DNA of 63,808 nt, counting the filler, from Octopus bimaculoides (Eukaryota): assembly GCF_001194135.2 (NCBI RefSeq). It is 6 parts of 6 records of this genome, joined end to end, with 100 filler letters (N's around TTAATTAATTAA, not from the genome) between each part and the next. Parts side by side here need not be neighbours in the genome. Positions count along the whole stretch, not along the records: positions 1 to 29,634 come from NC_068987.1; 5 more parts are not named here. One strand, given 5' to 3'. Positions 13,225 to 25,838 of this stretch are shown in pieces. The notes under the pieces are model-generated. The model was not told the origin of the DNA and made no database searches. It saw only the letters and a list, made by a program, of their open reading frames with translations. Numbering within the stretch: position 1 is the stretch's first letter; the number at the start of each line of letters is the position of its first letter. Position numbers and translations under genes: made by a program.

Positions 13225-13905
13225 GTAAGTCCGAGCAGAAATACATAGATGTGTGCTGTGTCGAAGAGGTATGATGGAGGAGAGCCTCAGCCAGACTGCT
13301 TACTGGCAAAGGGCATAGATACAAATTCTGGGTAGGCAACAATGAAGGCCTTGGTGGTATTGATATTCTATGAAAAGAGAAATAGGTGGATAAGATGATT
13401 GAAGTAATCAGGGTAAGTGATACGATTATTAAGCTAAGAATAGCCTTGTTTGATGTAACTGTCAGTTATCTCTGCATATGCTCCACACGCCAGACTCGCA
13501 GATACTTGGAAGGATCACTTTTATGAATCTCTTCTGAGGACTATCTCGATGACGAAAGATGGCTGGGGACTTCAATTGACATGTTGGACAATACTGTGAT
13601 GGATTTCAGTGTGTGCATGGTGGCTATAGCTTTGGCTCCAGAAATGAGGAGAGGACAATGCTGCTGGAGTTTTGCGATGCTCATGGCTAACTAGTCTGCA
13701 ACACCAACTTCAGAGAACCTGCCAACCATCTGATCCCTTATCAATCTGGGGTGTACACCAGCCAAATTGACAACATCCTCACGAGACACAGAGATAGATA
13801 TATGCTCGTAAATGCAAAATCTTTCCCAGGGAAAGAATGTACAACACAATGTAAGCTAGTGGTTGGTGACTTCAGGCTTAGGGCCAGAAAGATTTAGAGA
13901 CACAA
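13225..13905 (+). mobile_element. Decayed RTE endonuclease fragment
   Basis: DVCCVEEV...GKGHRYKFWVGNNEGLGG; homologous to 25838-26400. Confidence 0.7.
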
Positions 13906-14040
13906 GCATTGGTGAATACTAGTAATGGTAGCGTGAGTGTGTTGTTGATAGTCTATTTGGCTGGATATTTTTCCTGTCTTCTCACTGAACATTCATACAT
14001 GGTCTTTGATGGGAGAGTCTGTCATATATATATGTATATA

Positions 14041-14246
14041 TATATATATATAGTTTTAGGGAAAAGAACCAAGGTTCATGAACTCATCGATGAAAATCCA
14101 CTGTCACATATATATATGATACTTACTTTGTATGATATTATACTTATTTATTGTGCTTTTACTTATTATTTTTTCTATATGTGACAGTGGATTTTCATCG
14201 ATGAGTTCATGATCCTTGGTTCTTTTCCCTGAAACTATATATATAT
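14041..14246. repeat. Fold-back with about 70-bp inverted arms and an AT-rich loop
   Basis: 14041-14112 is the reverse complement of 14176-14246 with 2 mismatches seen. Confidence 0.9.
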
Positions 14247-14406
14247 TTTATACTGTGAAACTTAATTTAATTTTAATTTTTAATAAATTGAATTTAATTG
14301 AGTTTTTAACTGTAAATTTGGATTTTTATCCCTAATATTATTATTATTATATATATATATATATATATTATCCAAAGTGAACAGTATTATATATCCCTCA
14401 CGGCTG

Positions 14407-14489
14407 ATCTTACCAATTGATTTCACGCTAGGGGTACAATGGAGTGTTACGTAGTAATCCAATTATATAACCCTACGCTCATCAGAGGT
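14407..14489 (-). ncRNA. Type I hammerhead ribozyme motif (PLE pLTR), core intact
   Basis: ACCT-CTGATGA-GCGTAGGG...CCCTAGCGT-GAAA-TCAATTGG-TA|AGAT: core boxes, helix II, near-palindromic helix III and GUA cleavage triplet. Confidence 0.75.
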
Positions 14490-15775
14490 AGCCAATATGG
14501 AATGAAATGAAATATGGTGGCTGTTATCTATTGTTGGAAGTGAAAGGACACATCCGGTTTGTGATTGCTGTGAAAGGATGATGTAACGAACCAGGTAGGA
14601 GATTTAGTTAAGAGTTCTGTCCCTTGTTACTGAGACATCACTATTTGGTTTATTATGTTGTAAGTTGGTAAGAGCCATCATGAAGTGTTTGTGGGAATTG
14701 TGTGCATCTTTCGGGTTAATGTTCTTGTGGAAATGGTATGTGTGGTGGTATTGAATGTATAACTTTTGCAGGGGGTGTAGTTATCCATTACTGTATTCGC
14801 TAGTGTGTTTTCTTTCTGTATTGAGGACTTTATGTGTGCAAGCAGTATGTGTAGGGGAACAATGTGTGTGGGAGACCTTATATTGAAGATGGTGAGGAAT
14901 GGTCAGTTTGGTAGAGGTAACAGCTATAGGACCAAATGGGCAACAAAACATGTGAAAGTATGTAGGAGTGACTGAAGGCACCTTCAGAACCTACTTTTAA
15001 CATCGTGGAGAGATGCAATGCCACAATCCTGGCCAAGCACGTTTGGTCTTTGAAAGAAAGCACCACCGAGTGCAACATAAAGTGGAAGATCCTGGAGAAA
15101 TATAGACTGTACTTCAATAGCAGCAGGAAGGTTATGCTTGGCTGAGAAAGAAGCGATTTTAAAGAACACCCAGCACCCAGGCATTTACCTGAATAACAGA
15201 AGTGAAGTGTTTAATCCTTGCCCACATGAAAGGAAGTATATCCTATCGTACCTGCATGCCCCACCATGACTACAATCACCAGTCCCCCAACTTTGGCTCT
15301 CCACCAATACTCTGGAGTCCAGCAAAGAGTTTGACTGGAGCATTCACCAACACACCCACATACAAACATGCATACCCCAATACAGTGGACACCTATCAAA
15401 TAGACCATTCTCCACCACCTCCAATATAAAGTCCCCCATAACCTTAACCAATACAGAAAAAAAACAAACTAGCAAACACAGTAATGGATGCCGACACTCC
15501 CTGAACAATTATACTACTTATATCCCATTTCTACAAGAATACCAACCCGAAAGATGCATAAAATTCCCACAAACACTTCATGATAGCTCTTACCAACTTG
15601 GTTATGCTGTAGCATAACCAACCTAGTGGCAATGTTTTGGTATCAAGAGTCAGAACTCTAAACTAAATCCGCAACTCAGTTCATTTCATCATCATTTCAC
15701 AGCAACTGCAAACCTGATGTGTCTTTTCACCTCCAGCAATAGACAACAGTTGCCATATTTCATTCCAGATTGTCT

Positions 15776-15858
15776 ATCTCTGATGAGCACAGGGTTATAT
15801 AATTGGATTGTTATCTAATACTCCATTGTACCCCGAGTGCAAAAATGATTGGTAAGAT
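15776..15858 (+). ncRNA. Type I hammerhead motif, probably inactivated (GAAA to AAAA)
   Basis: ATCT-CTGATGA-GCACAGGG...CCCGAGTGC-AAAA-ATGATTGG-TA|AGAT, with a perfect 4-bp helix I. Confidence 0.65.
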
Positions 15859-15972
15859 CAGCTGTGATGGATATATATAATAGTGTACACTTCAAATAAT
15901 ATACCCACTCTACTGACAGATATACAAGTGCATCTTTTCCCTGACTTATGGACCTTTCGATGACTTACATGC

Positions 15973-16129
15973 AGTGGTTGGCGTTAGGAAGGGCATCCAG
16001 CTGTAGAAACTCTGCCAAATTAGATTGGAGCCTGGTGTTGCCATCCGGTTTCACCAGTCCCCAGTCAAATCGTCCAACCCATGCTAGCATGGAAAGCGGA
16101 CGTTAAACGATGATGATGATGATGATGAT
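15973..16129 (+). mobile_element. RTE 3' tail, young copy
   Basis: GGCGTTAGGAAGGGCATCCAGC...GGACGTTAAACG(ATG)n; nearly identical to the reverse complement of 18470-18630. Confidence 0.85.
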
Positions 16130-16340
16130 NNNNNNNNNNNNNNNNNNNNNNNNNNNNNNNNNNNNNNNNNNNNNNNNNNNNNNNNNNNNNNNNNNNNNNN
16201 NNNNNNNNNNNNNNNNNNNNNNNNNNNNNNNNNNNNNNNNNNNNNNNNNNNNNNNNNNNNNNNNNNNNNNNNNNNNNNNNNNNNNNNNNNNNNNNNNNNN
16301 NNNNNNNNNNNNNNNNNNNNNNNNNNNNNNNNNNNNNNNN

Positions 16341-16378
<38 letters not shown>

Positions 16379-16564
16379 TATATAAGATAATAAGAGTGAA
16401 AAAACTATAGAAGGCTTGTGTTACATGGTTAAAGTATATATTTAAATTATGTCAGAAAAATGTTATAAAATCTTTTTGGTATATAAACATTGTATTTTGA
16501 GAAATAACCGGTTTCGTGTTGTCTTTTCAAATTTCTCTACTTCATTGTAATGTGTTCGTTCCAG

Positions 16565-16599
<35 letters not shown>

Positions 16600-16644
16600 T
16601 ACACACATATATATCAAAATAAGGAACAAGGATATCGAGAGATA

Positions 16645-16732
16645 ATGTAGTACAATCGTTTCAAGCAACTCTATTTAATCGAACAATGCAATCATTACAT
16701 CAATTTAAATGCAAAGCAATCCTCAGCTGCAT
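16645..16732 (-). ncRNA. Hammerhead-like motif (left arm)
   Basis: ATGCAG-CTGAGGA-TTGC...GCTT-GAAA-CGATTG-TA|CTACAT. Confidence 0.55.
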
Positions 16733-17482
16733 AAAGACATAGAATTAAATTAAATTAAAACAGATGGACACATTAGTATAATTTTACCTAAAACCTCCAA
16801 GTAGGTAAGGAGACAAACAAAGAACATGCTGTCTTCACTTCAGCTTAGAAGCTACTAAGATATCAGGAAGAAAGACTTGTTAGAGATCTAGCTTGTCACT
16901 GTTTTTTAGGGTTAGTTTTAATTTATAGTCAAAAGTATTTCAAAAAAATTTTATCCTTTTGTTATAATATTCTTCTTAATAATCTTCTGAATAACCCTAA
17001 ACTTTAACTTTATACAATATGGCAATATTGTTTAAAGTATTTAACTATAGTACCCCATGATAAAATTTCCCCTGTATTATTATAATTAGTCTACTAGAGT
17101 CTTGCCCCTTTAATTGTCAGCTAACATTTTGATTTAAGATTTCCTTTAGCAAATCTCATTATATTGCTTCAAATTAATCTCGATAGTTTTATAACTATAC
17201 CCACTATGATTTCTGTTGACTCCCTCAACCCTACCCCTAACAGACACTGCTCTTTGTTCTTTGGCCTTAGATTTTGATATACAAGACTATAAATTAAAAC
17301 TTACCCCAAAAAACAGTGACAAGCTAGATCTCTAACAAGTCTTTCTTCCTGATACCTTAGTAGCTTCTAAGTTGAAGTGAAGACAGCATATTCTTTGTCT
17401 ATTTCCTTACTTTTTTGGAGGTTTTAGGTAAAATTATACTAATGTGTCCATTTGTTTTAATTTAATTTAATTCTATGCCTTT

Positions 17483-17570
17483 ATGCAGCTGAGGATTGCT
17501 CTGCATATAAATTGATGTAATGATTGCATTGTTCGATTAAATGGAGTTGCTTGAAATGATCGTACTGCAT
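17483..17570 (+). ncRNA. Hammerhead-like motif (right arm)
   Basis: ATGCAG-CTGAGGA-TTGC...GCTT-GAAA-TGATCG-TA|CTGCAT; perfect 6-bp helix I, weak helix II. Confidence 0.55.
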
Positions 17571-18469
17571 TACCTCTGGGTATCCTTGTTGCTTATTTTG
17601 ATTTTAATCACCTTATTGTATGGATAATACCGTACTAAATTCTGGTGCCTCATCTGAAATACCTAATTCATCTGAATCTAAATTTTTGTTATATACATAT
17701 GTATATATATATATACATGTATATATGTATAGTACACAGACACACATACATACATAAATGCATACATGCATACATATTGACATGCATACAACTTAGCAAA
17801 CCAAGGTCTGTCTTATTTCACAACAACTCTGGATTCCATATATAATAATATAAACAAGTTCAGGTAGTATTTTCATATAGGTATCTCACAAATAACAAAT
17901 ATTTTTTTTTGCCAGAGGAGCTAGCATTCAGCTAACTTTTTTCCTGTGTGTGACTGTTTCAGCTGCTGGTAAATTAGGATTTTTGGTTCAGTTCAGTGAT
18001 GGTTACCAGGAAGAAGTACTTCTGCCTTTGCTGATTCACAGAGGTCCTTTCTGTTTTTGACTATCACATTCAATATTTCTTTTACTGACCTATGTGCTCA
18101 TTTTTACCAGTATCCATATATTGATAAAAATTGTGCACATGAAAACCCATGTAATCATTCACCCAATTTTCTGTTTCTGTGACTGAACACATACACCCAT
18201 GTTTCAAATGGGAATTAGGGGCAGGAAGAAAGATTTTTTTTACTAAACAAGTGTTTCCCAACCATTTTTTATTTATGGAACCCTTTGATTCCTCTTTTAC
18301 TTGGACGTACCTTCGAAGCCATCTGTTGTTTAAAAAATCCTATTTATATTTCTATAATTATATATTATTAGGAATTGTATAAAAAATTGTGAAAATATTT
18401 TTTGTATTGTAGAAGTATAACTGGATTTATTGTAAATATATTTTAACAACAAAATCTTATACCCCCAAG

Positions 18470-19428
18470 CATCATCATCATCATCATCATCGTTTAACGT
18501 CCGCTTTCCATGCTAGCATGGGTTGGACGATTTGACTGAGGACTGGTGAAACCGGATGGCAACACCAGGCTCCAGTCTGATTTGGCAGAGTTTCTACAGC
18601 TGGATGCCCTTCCTAACGCCAACCACTCAGAGAGTGTAGTGGGTGCTTTTACGTGTCACCCGCACGAAAACGGCCACGCTCGAAATGGTGTCTTTTATGT
18701 GCCACCCGCACAAGCCAGTCCAGGGGCACTGGCAACGATCTCGCTCGAAAATCCTACAGGAGCCAGTCAGGCGGTACTGGCAACGGCCACGCTCAAAATG
18801 GTGCATCTCANNNNNNNNNNNNNNNNNNNNNNNNNNNNNNNNNNNNNNNNNNNNNNNNNNNNNNNNNNNNNNNNNNNNNNNNNNNNNNNNNNNNNNNNNN
18901 NNNNNNNNNNNNNNNNNNNNNNNNNNNNNNNNNNNNNNNNNNNNNNNNNNNNNNNNNNNNNNNNNNNNNNNNNNNNNNNNNNNNNNNNNNNNNNNNNNNN
19001 NNNNNNNNNNNNNNNNNNNNNNNNNNNNNNNNNNNNNNNNNNNNNNNNNNNNNNNNNNNNNNNNNNNNNNNNNNNNNNNNNNNNNNNNNNNNNNNNNNNN
19101 NNNNNNNNNNNNNNNNNNNNNNNNNNNNNNNNNNNNNNNNNNNNNNNNNNNNNNNCTCTCTTGCACGCCACAACTGATGCTTCTAATGTTCAGCTTTTCT
19201 CTCAAGATACTTACACTCTGACGGGTATTCACATTGACATTACACATCCAACGGAGCATACTGGCTTCATTCCTTGCGAGCTTACGTATGTCCTCAGCAG
19301 TTACAGCCCATGTTTCACTGCCATGTAGCATGGTTGTTCGTACGCATGCATCATACAGTCTGCCTTTTACTCTGAGTGAGAGTCCCTTTGTCGCCAGCAG
19401 GGGTAAGAGCTCTCTAAACTTTGCCCAG
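18470..19428 (-). mobile_element. 5'-truncated RTE LINE spanning a gap
   Basis: ORF 18627-19463 reads WAKFRELLPLLATKGLSLRVKGRLYDACVRTTMLHGSETW; (TGA)n tail at about 18470. Confidence 0.9.
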
Positions 19429-19959
19429 CATGAATTAATATATGTCCCAAAATTAATATTCAAAGGCTACAATGTTGTTTACTCATGAATGATGAGATGA
19501 AAAATGTTTAATTAGACATTAGTTCATTTGCTGCATCTAAGAAGAACAAATAAATTACTGTATTGGTATGGGATGTTAACAGACAATATGTTGTCAACAA
19601 ATGTGAAGACTGTATAAAACATTAATAAAAGTAGTACAAGAGCACACAAGCAGTGCTGGTCTACAAGTGGAGAAGACTTTTGTTTATTGTAGCTGTCATG
19701 AATCAGTGTAAATCTCCGTAAATCACCATGTATTCCAATGAAACCTGCAACAGACAATGGGTTATAATTTAACAGCTGGTTGTTCACAGAGTTCTCAAAC
19801 GCTTGGTAGTTTGAGTATATCAAAATTATGAAACCATTACTGGTGAAAGAAAATGTTCCATACCTTGTTCCTTTGGACTACAGAAATATATCAATATCTA
19901 ACCATAGACCTTCCCTTGTTGTTTGATTATTTAGTCCAGTGGTTTTCAAACAGGGTCCA

Positions 19960-20360
19960 TCACTAATTCAACTACTTCCTCACAGACTCAATTACACCAT
20001 TACTGACTCAGTTATATCATCACTACTCAATTACATACAGGCATCAGTGCTAGTGTGGGTCTACTAGTGGAGAAGGCTTGTGTTATTGTAACTGTCATGA
20101 ACCAGTGTAGACTCAGCTACACTATTACTGATTCAAATGCACAATGAGTAAATCAATTATACCATCACTGACTTAACTACACCATCACTGACTCAACTAC
20201 ACTATCACAGATTCTATTACATCATCACAAACTCAAATGCACAATAAGTAACTCATCTATACCATCACTGATTCAAAAACACTATCAATGACACTGTCAT
20301 TGACTCATCTACACCATCACCAACTCATCTAAACCATCACTAGCCCAGTAACACCATCAT
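19960..20360. repeat. Degenerate 20-bp minisatellite (GACTCAACTACACCATCACT)
   Basis: More than 10 imperfect units; related units at 23510-23650. Confidence 0.75.
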
Positions 20361-20678
20361 TGTGTGGCTCATAGTCAAGATGTTTTCATTCCCTCTGCTA
20401 ATGAGTATGTTATCTGCTATTTATGAGTATGTTATCTGCTGTTGATAATCAACATTAGTGAATCATCAACTTATTAAAATATTTATTTCAAACATTAAAA
20501 AAGAACAAAAGTTATTAAACCAATTTTTGATAATTGCTATATTTCCTTAAGATTTTTTATGGTAATTAATGTTTCTGGAAAGACTTCAGTCATTGTAATT
20601 TATCCATTAATTATATATACATAGACATATGTATATGCCCATGCATGTGTGTGTATGTATGTGTGTACACTTGCGCAT

Positions 20679-20711
<33 letters not shown>

Positions 20712-20887
20712 CACACACACACAGACATGTATACATACATATGCTTATATATAGATCTTTCTCTTTCCCTCTCTCTCTCTATATATACATATATATATAT
20801 ATACATACATACACATACATATAGATATATAAGCATAAATACATATATATACATGCATATACACTTACAGGCACACATGCATATACA

Positions 20888-20968
<81 letters not shown>

Positions 20969-21132
20969 TTATATGTATACACATCTATATATATACATGT
21001 ACATATATATGCCCACACACACACACACACACATATATACACTCACACAGACACATTTACATACACATACATATATATAGAGAGGTAAATATAGATGTAG
21101 ATGTATGTATATGTCTGTGTCCATGCATCTAT

Positions 21133-21167
<35 letters not shown>

Positions 21168-23124
21168 CTCACTCACATACATATATATTTAATATATTTG
21201 CCTATTCAGAATGCAATATAAAATACATGGAATGCTTGAAAGCATTTAACCATGCTATGCCCAGATAAAAGTTCAAACAAGAAATTCTTAATATGTCTCT
21301 CTATGAAAATGATAATTTAATAAAATTTTAAATTAATACATTTCCTTTTATCATAATGAATCTTTCAGAAACGTTTCTTCAGTCATGTTTTATGCTTACA
21401 CGAAATCCAAATTAGTCTGATATATCATTACACAAATGAATTTTTACATTTTATGTTTTGATTTATTTCAGCAGATTTATAAGAGCTATATGAACCATGT
21501 ACACATAGCAGAGTTGGTATTATTAGTTATAACCACAGATATAATAAAGTTTATAAAGCCTCAATTTTGCCAGTTTTTATAACACAGTTGTGCTATGGCC
21601 ATTTTATGGAATCTTTAATTCTATCTTGAAATCTATACCCAACCCAGAGAAAAAGGAACAGGTCTGTAATGTAGATATTAATTGACTTTCGGTCATTCAA
21701 CAGAGCGAGTTTTATAGAGCTCTGACAAAAGTGCATGTGAAATAAGTGCTGAAATAAAATGAACAGTAAAATAAAATGTGTTGTACTAATCCAACATTAT
21801 CCAGTTCTGCAATTTAATTGTTTTTATAGTTCAGTTACTGCTTTGTTGTGTCCCTGTTATTAAATTTATATAGTAACTGTTCGCCACCTTGCTGTAAAAT
21901 AGATTCTGTTTCAATCAATGAAAAATAGAGTGTATGACTCTTTTTACAAAGCGTGATATTATTTGCTAGCAAAACATGGGCACTGTATATGAAGAGTGCA
22001 TGATGACTAGAATTAAATGAATTTCTCTTACTTTGCTGAATGTATAATTTTAGCATACATGAGCAATGGAGAACAAACAAGGTGAGAGAAAAAGTAAATG
22101 TAAGAGAATCAGATGTTGTAGTGCAAGAGAAGACTGACCTGATATGGAGGATGACAGTGGAACAAAGGAATGGTTGGATATCCGAAAGGAAAACCAGCAA
22201 AAAAGAATGACTAAGGAATATACAAAGAGAAGAGATAAAATCTGATTTCAAGAGGGTGAATCTCATTAAGGAGATGACAAAGGACTGCAATAAATAGTAA
22301 GATGATGCTTAGTGGAGGAAACAACAGATAAATGGACATAAAAATTCCTCTAATAATGATGACTGAATCTACCACGATGTAATTTTAGTTTAAACTACAT
22401 AACTTGACCTAAATTTACAACTATAATATTGTATTTAATAACATCAAGTAGAATTTTATGTTTCTTTGTTCTGCTTTTATTGAAAGTCTGCTTAAAACTC
22501 TTTCAGAGAATATGTAAATTTGGTTTCTTATAAAAAAAGATTATTGATTTCTATCAAAATGATTTAGATATAAGTCTGGAAAGTAAAATAAATTATTTAG
22601 TCATCAAGAAGATGACAAGTTTGATATTTCAAACAGAACCTTTTGTCAGAAAGAGATACAATGTTGACTGGTGGTGGTAAGTAAATAGATTAGGTGAGTT
22701 GGATAACAATGAATAATAAAAAAAGAGCGAAAAGGGGGAGATAACAAGTGTATACATGTGTTTGTAAGAGGGCAATATTCAGAGAAAGGAAAAAATCAAC
22801 AGCAATACTAGCAGATTTTTGAAAATCAAGAAGAAATGAATTTAAGATCTGAAGATAACATATACACATGATGTTGATATTATTTACTGTTGAATGCCTG
22901 AAGTCTTATATCATAGAAGTATCCAACTGAATGTTTGTGAAGGGTTTACAGTTTCAATATTTCAGTGTGGAGTCAAGACAGAGATTTGATATCATGATAT
23001 AGCAACCAATAAGCCATCTTAAGGTACCATTATTATAGGGTGGCTTTAGTGACCAATGTTTCCAGCATGACAAGAAAATAGTTGATGAAATGAAGTATTT
23101 TGACCAATATTTCAAGCAATGAAG

Positions 23125-23345
23125 GCAGTGAGCTGGCAACATCATAAGTACACTGGGCAAAATGCTTAGTGACATATTGTCTATCTTTATGCTCTGAGTT
23201 CAAATTCCACTGAGGTTGGCTTTACCTTTCATTCTTTCAGGGTCAATGAAATAATTACCAGTTGAGTACTGGAGTCAATGTAACCAACTTACCCCCTCCC
23301 CCTGCAGTTGCTGGCCTTGTCCCAAAGTTTGAAACCAATATTTCA
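23125..23345 (+). mobile_element. tRNA-derived SINE (family also at 40133, 42735, 50650, 56003)
   Basis: GAGCTGGCA...CTGAGTTCAAATTCC head and TTTCATTCTTTCAGGGTCAATGAAATAATTACCAG central domain. Confidence 0.8.
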
Positions 23346-24107
23346 AGCAATGGTCATTCAGCATTCTGGCATGTGTAAATCCTAAATTTATGAACAAAAA
23401 ACATGTGGCCAGCATCATGTAATTGGTAGAGGAATTTTTAAGGAGGACTGGGCCACGATTCCATATGTGACTCATATATTCTTCACTGACTTAATCCCAC
23501 AACCCCCTACTCAACTATACCCTCACTTGACCACACCAGAGCTAATTCAAATTCAGTATTACAAACTGTAACTCAACATTACTAAGACAACTGCAGTATC
23601 AACATCATCAGACTCAACTATACCACTATACCATCCCTGACTTAGCTACAGTGGTTGAGTTAGGGATATTTGTTGTGGTATTTACGGTGATAGCAATGGC
23701 AGTGGTCACCTTGACAATGATGGAATGAGAAGGCTTCATAGGTGACTGGAACTTTGTTGGTTTTCTGTACAGTAAAGAATCAAAAGTAGCTTGTCAGGAA
23801 CTCCTGATGTTGGCTGTAAAATAGAGGGACAAATAAGGAAGAAACCATGGAGAAAAAGACAAGAAATAGGAATGAAAGAAGAGTTTAGTGGAAGGAAGGA
23901 AGAGATGGATTTGGATGTTGTATAGGAGGTTGAAGAAAAAAGAATGAGGAAATGGTTGTAATGAAATGATGAATATAATTTCTATAAAATGTAAAAAAAA
24001 TAGCTAATAATAATATTAAAGGAGGAATTAAAAGAAGTAGAAAAAAGGAAGCTGGAAAGAAAGAAGGAAGGGTTGTACATACATACTTACATATATACAT
24101 TATACAT

Positions 24108-24154
<47 letters not shown>

Positions 24155-24356
24155 CACACATTTAAAAGGTTAAGAGGTTTCATGTGAGTAAATTTATATT
24201 AAAAAGATAGAAAAATGAAAATGCTTTGAGAAATTTATCATGGAAAAAAGTAAGACAGCATTTACATTTTTAACTAAGCCGCTATCATATTCAATTGCTT
24301 TAGGAATAGGATCTAGTCATAATAAAGGAAAATAAATGAAATTGAATTAATCTTAC

Positions 24357-24432
24357 ATAATATCAGTTCTGGAAATTCACGTTTTCCTTGTAAAAATCGC
24401 ATGGTGCTGTATTTGTTTCCTTCTAATTCTTG
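24357..24432 (-). CDS. Candidate internal exon of an unidentified minus-strand gene
   Basis: ...ACTATACAG acceptor, QELEGNKYSTMRFLQGKREFPELIL, T|GTAAGA donor. Confidence 0.3.
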
Positions 24433-25303
24433 CTGTATAGTAGTTGACAACAGGAATAGCAAAGTGTTAGTGAAAGGGTTAGCAGGTAGGGCTACTTGTG
24501 GCAGTAGCAACAGTTAAGGTTTCTTCTCCTAACTTTAGCAAAGGTTGCAGTAGTGTTGGTGGCAGTTGCCTCCCTTTTCTGCCTTAGGAATTTAAACATG
24601 GTTGAAAATTGATTATGAAGGATTTTTTTTTATTCATGCATTACCATTGAGTTATATCATTGCAAAATTGATATAAAGGGAAGATCGTAAAGTTTGGCTG
24701 TTTTGCCTGTGTATGTGTCTATATGTTTACTGAATCTTATTCGTCTGTATTTCCATATCTTAATTTGCAATCTATGCAGTGTCGTGTGTTGTCTTAAGGT
24801 GTCACCAATTTCACCTATATATTATTTTTTGCACCCTGACCATATTACTACATAGATCAAGTTTTCAAATGCACAGGTGAAATCTGATTTGCTATGAAGG
24901 GATGTCCTTGTTTGAACTTGATATGGATTTCCAATCCTTTTTTCAGATTAAGATATATACCACAGTTGAATTTTCTGAATTTCTGAAAACATAGTCAAGG
25001 AGGAGGAGGAGGAGGAGGATGATGATGAGAGGAATAACAGCAACAAAAACAAAATCTTCTTAAATAAATGGGCAAATAAAAATACAAATATATATATATG
25101 TAAATAGTCAATTCAAACATGAACAAGCAAGAAAAAACACGAAAAAACAACACAAGGACATGGAATAAGTACAGTGTTATTGGATGCTCAGGAAAGGAAA
25201 GAAAAGAAAGAGGATTTTAACGTTTTGATCAGAGCACACACACACAGAGGCATAGCATTCATACATACATATGTGCATACATACATACACACANNNNNNN
25301 NNN

Positions 25304-25386
<83 letters not shown>

Positions 25387-25411
25387 GAGGTATGTATGTA
25401 TATATGTATAA

Positions 25412-25745
25412 AGGGTAAAGATCCCCTTCAGTCATGAACGACTGGGGGATTGCACCTAGAAAGTTAGCTTCTGAGGCACAAGTCTGGGTAAGCTTGTATA
25501 TGGAAGACCAGCAATCACTTATGCATACCAGCCGCCTCTCTCAACACTACCAATGTTATCCAAGGGAGAGGCAAAAGCTTGGCAGCAGTGACACCACAAG
25601 ACATTTCTACAACTGAGTGAACTGGAACAACATGAAATAAAGTGTCTTGCTCAAGAACACAACACACAGCCCAGTCCAGGAATCGAACTCACTATCACAT
25701 GATTGTGAACCCAATGCTCTAATTATTGAGCTCTGTGCTGTCACC
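25412..25745 (-). mobile_element. tRNA-derived SINE
   Basis: Reverse complement has a tRNA-like head (GTGAGTTCGATTCC B-box), then a body related to 4620-4860. Confidence 0.7.
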
Positions 25746-25776
<31 letters not shown>

Positions 25777-25805
25777 CGTGTGCGTGTGTGTGTGTGTGCG
25801 TGTGC

Positions 25806-25837
<32 letters not shown>

Positions 25838-25838
<1 letters not shown>

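Larger units (their letters stand above)
14370..15900 (+). mobile_element. Penelope-like element remnant: inverted pLTR + GIY-YIG C-terminus + pLTR
   Basis: Inverted arms of about 460 bp (14370-14835 and 15420-15900). Spacer 14975-15235 reads ATILAKHVWSLKESTTECNIKWKILEK...LNNRSEVFNPCPHE, typical of the PLE GIY-YIG C-terminus. Confidence 0.8.
16613..17602. mobile_element. Fold-back element with about 318-bp inverted arms, PLE-like (inferred)
   Basis: 16613-16930 and 17285-17602 are inverted, roughly 90% identical by eye. A hammerhead-like motif sits near each outer end. Confidence 0.65.

Noticed and set aside
20600-21192. Many ORFs with YI, TH, CV, LSIY or poly-X runs (also 31-33 kb, 43-49 kb, 57-60 kb)
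   Set aside because: These are translations of microsatellites or N gaps.
21835-22290. 151-aa minus-strand ORF
   Set aside because: It is the antisense of a purine-rich tract, has no recognisable motifs, and has no consistent splice chain.
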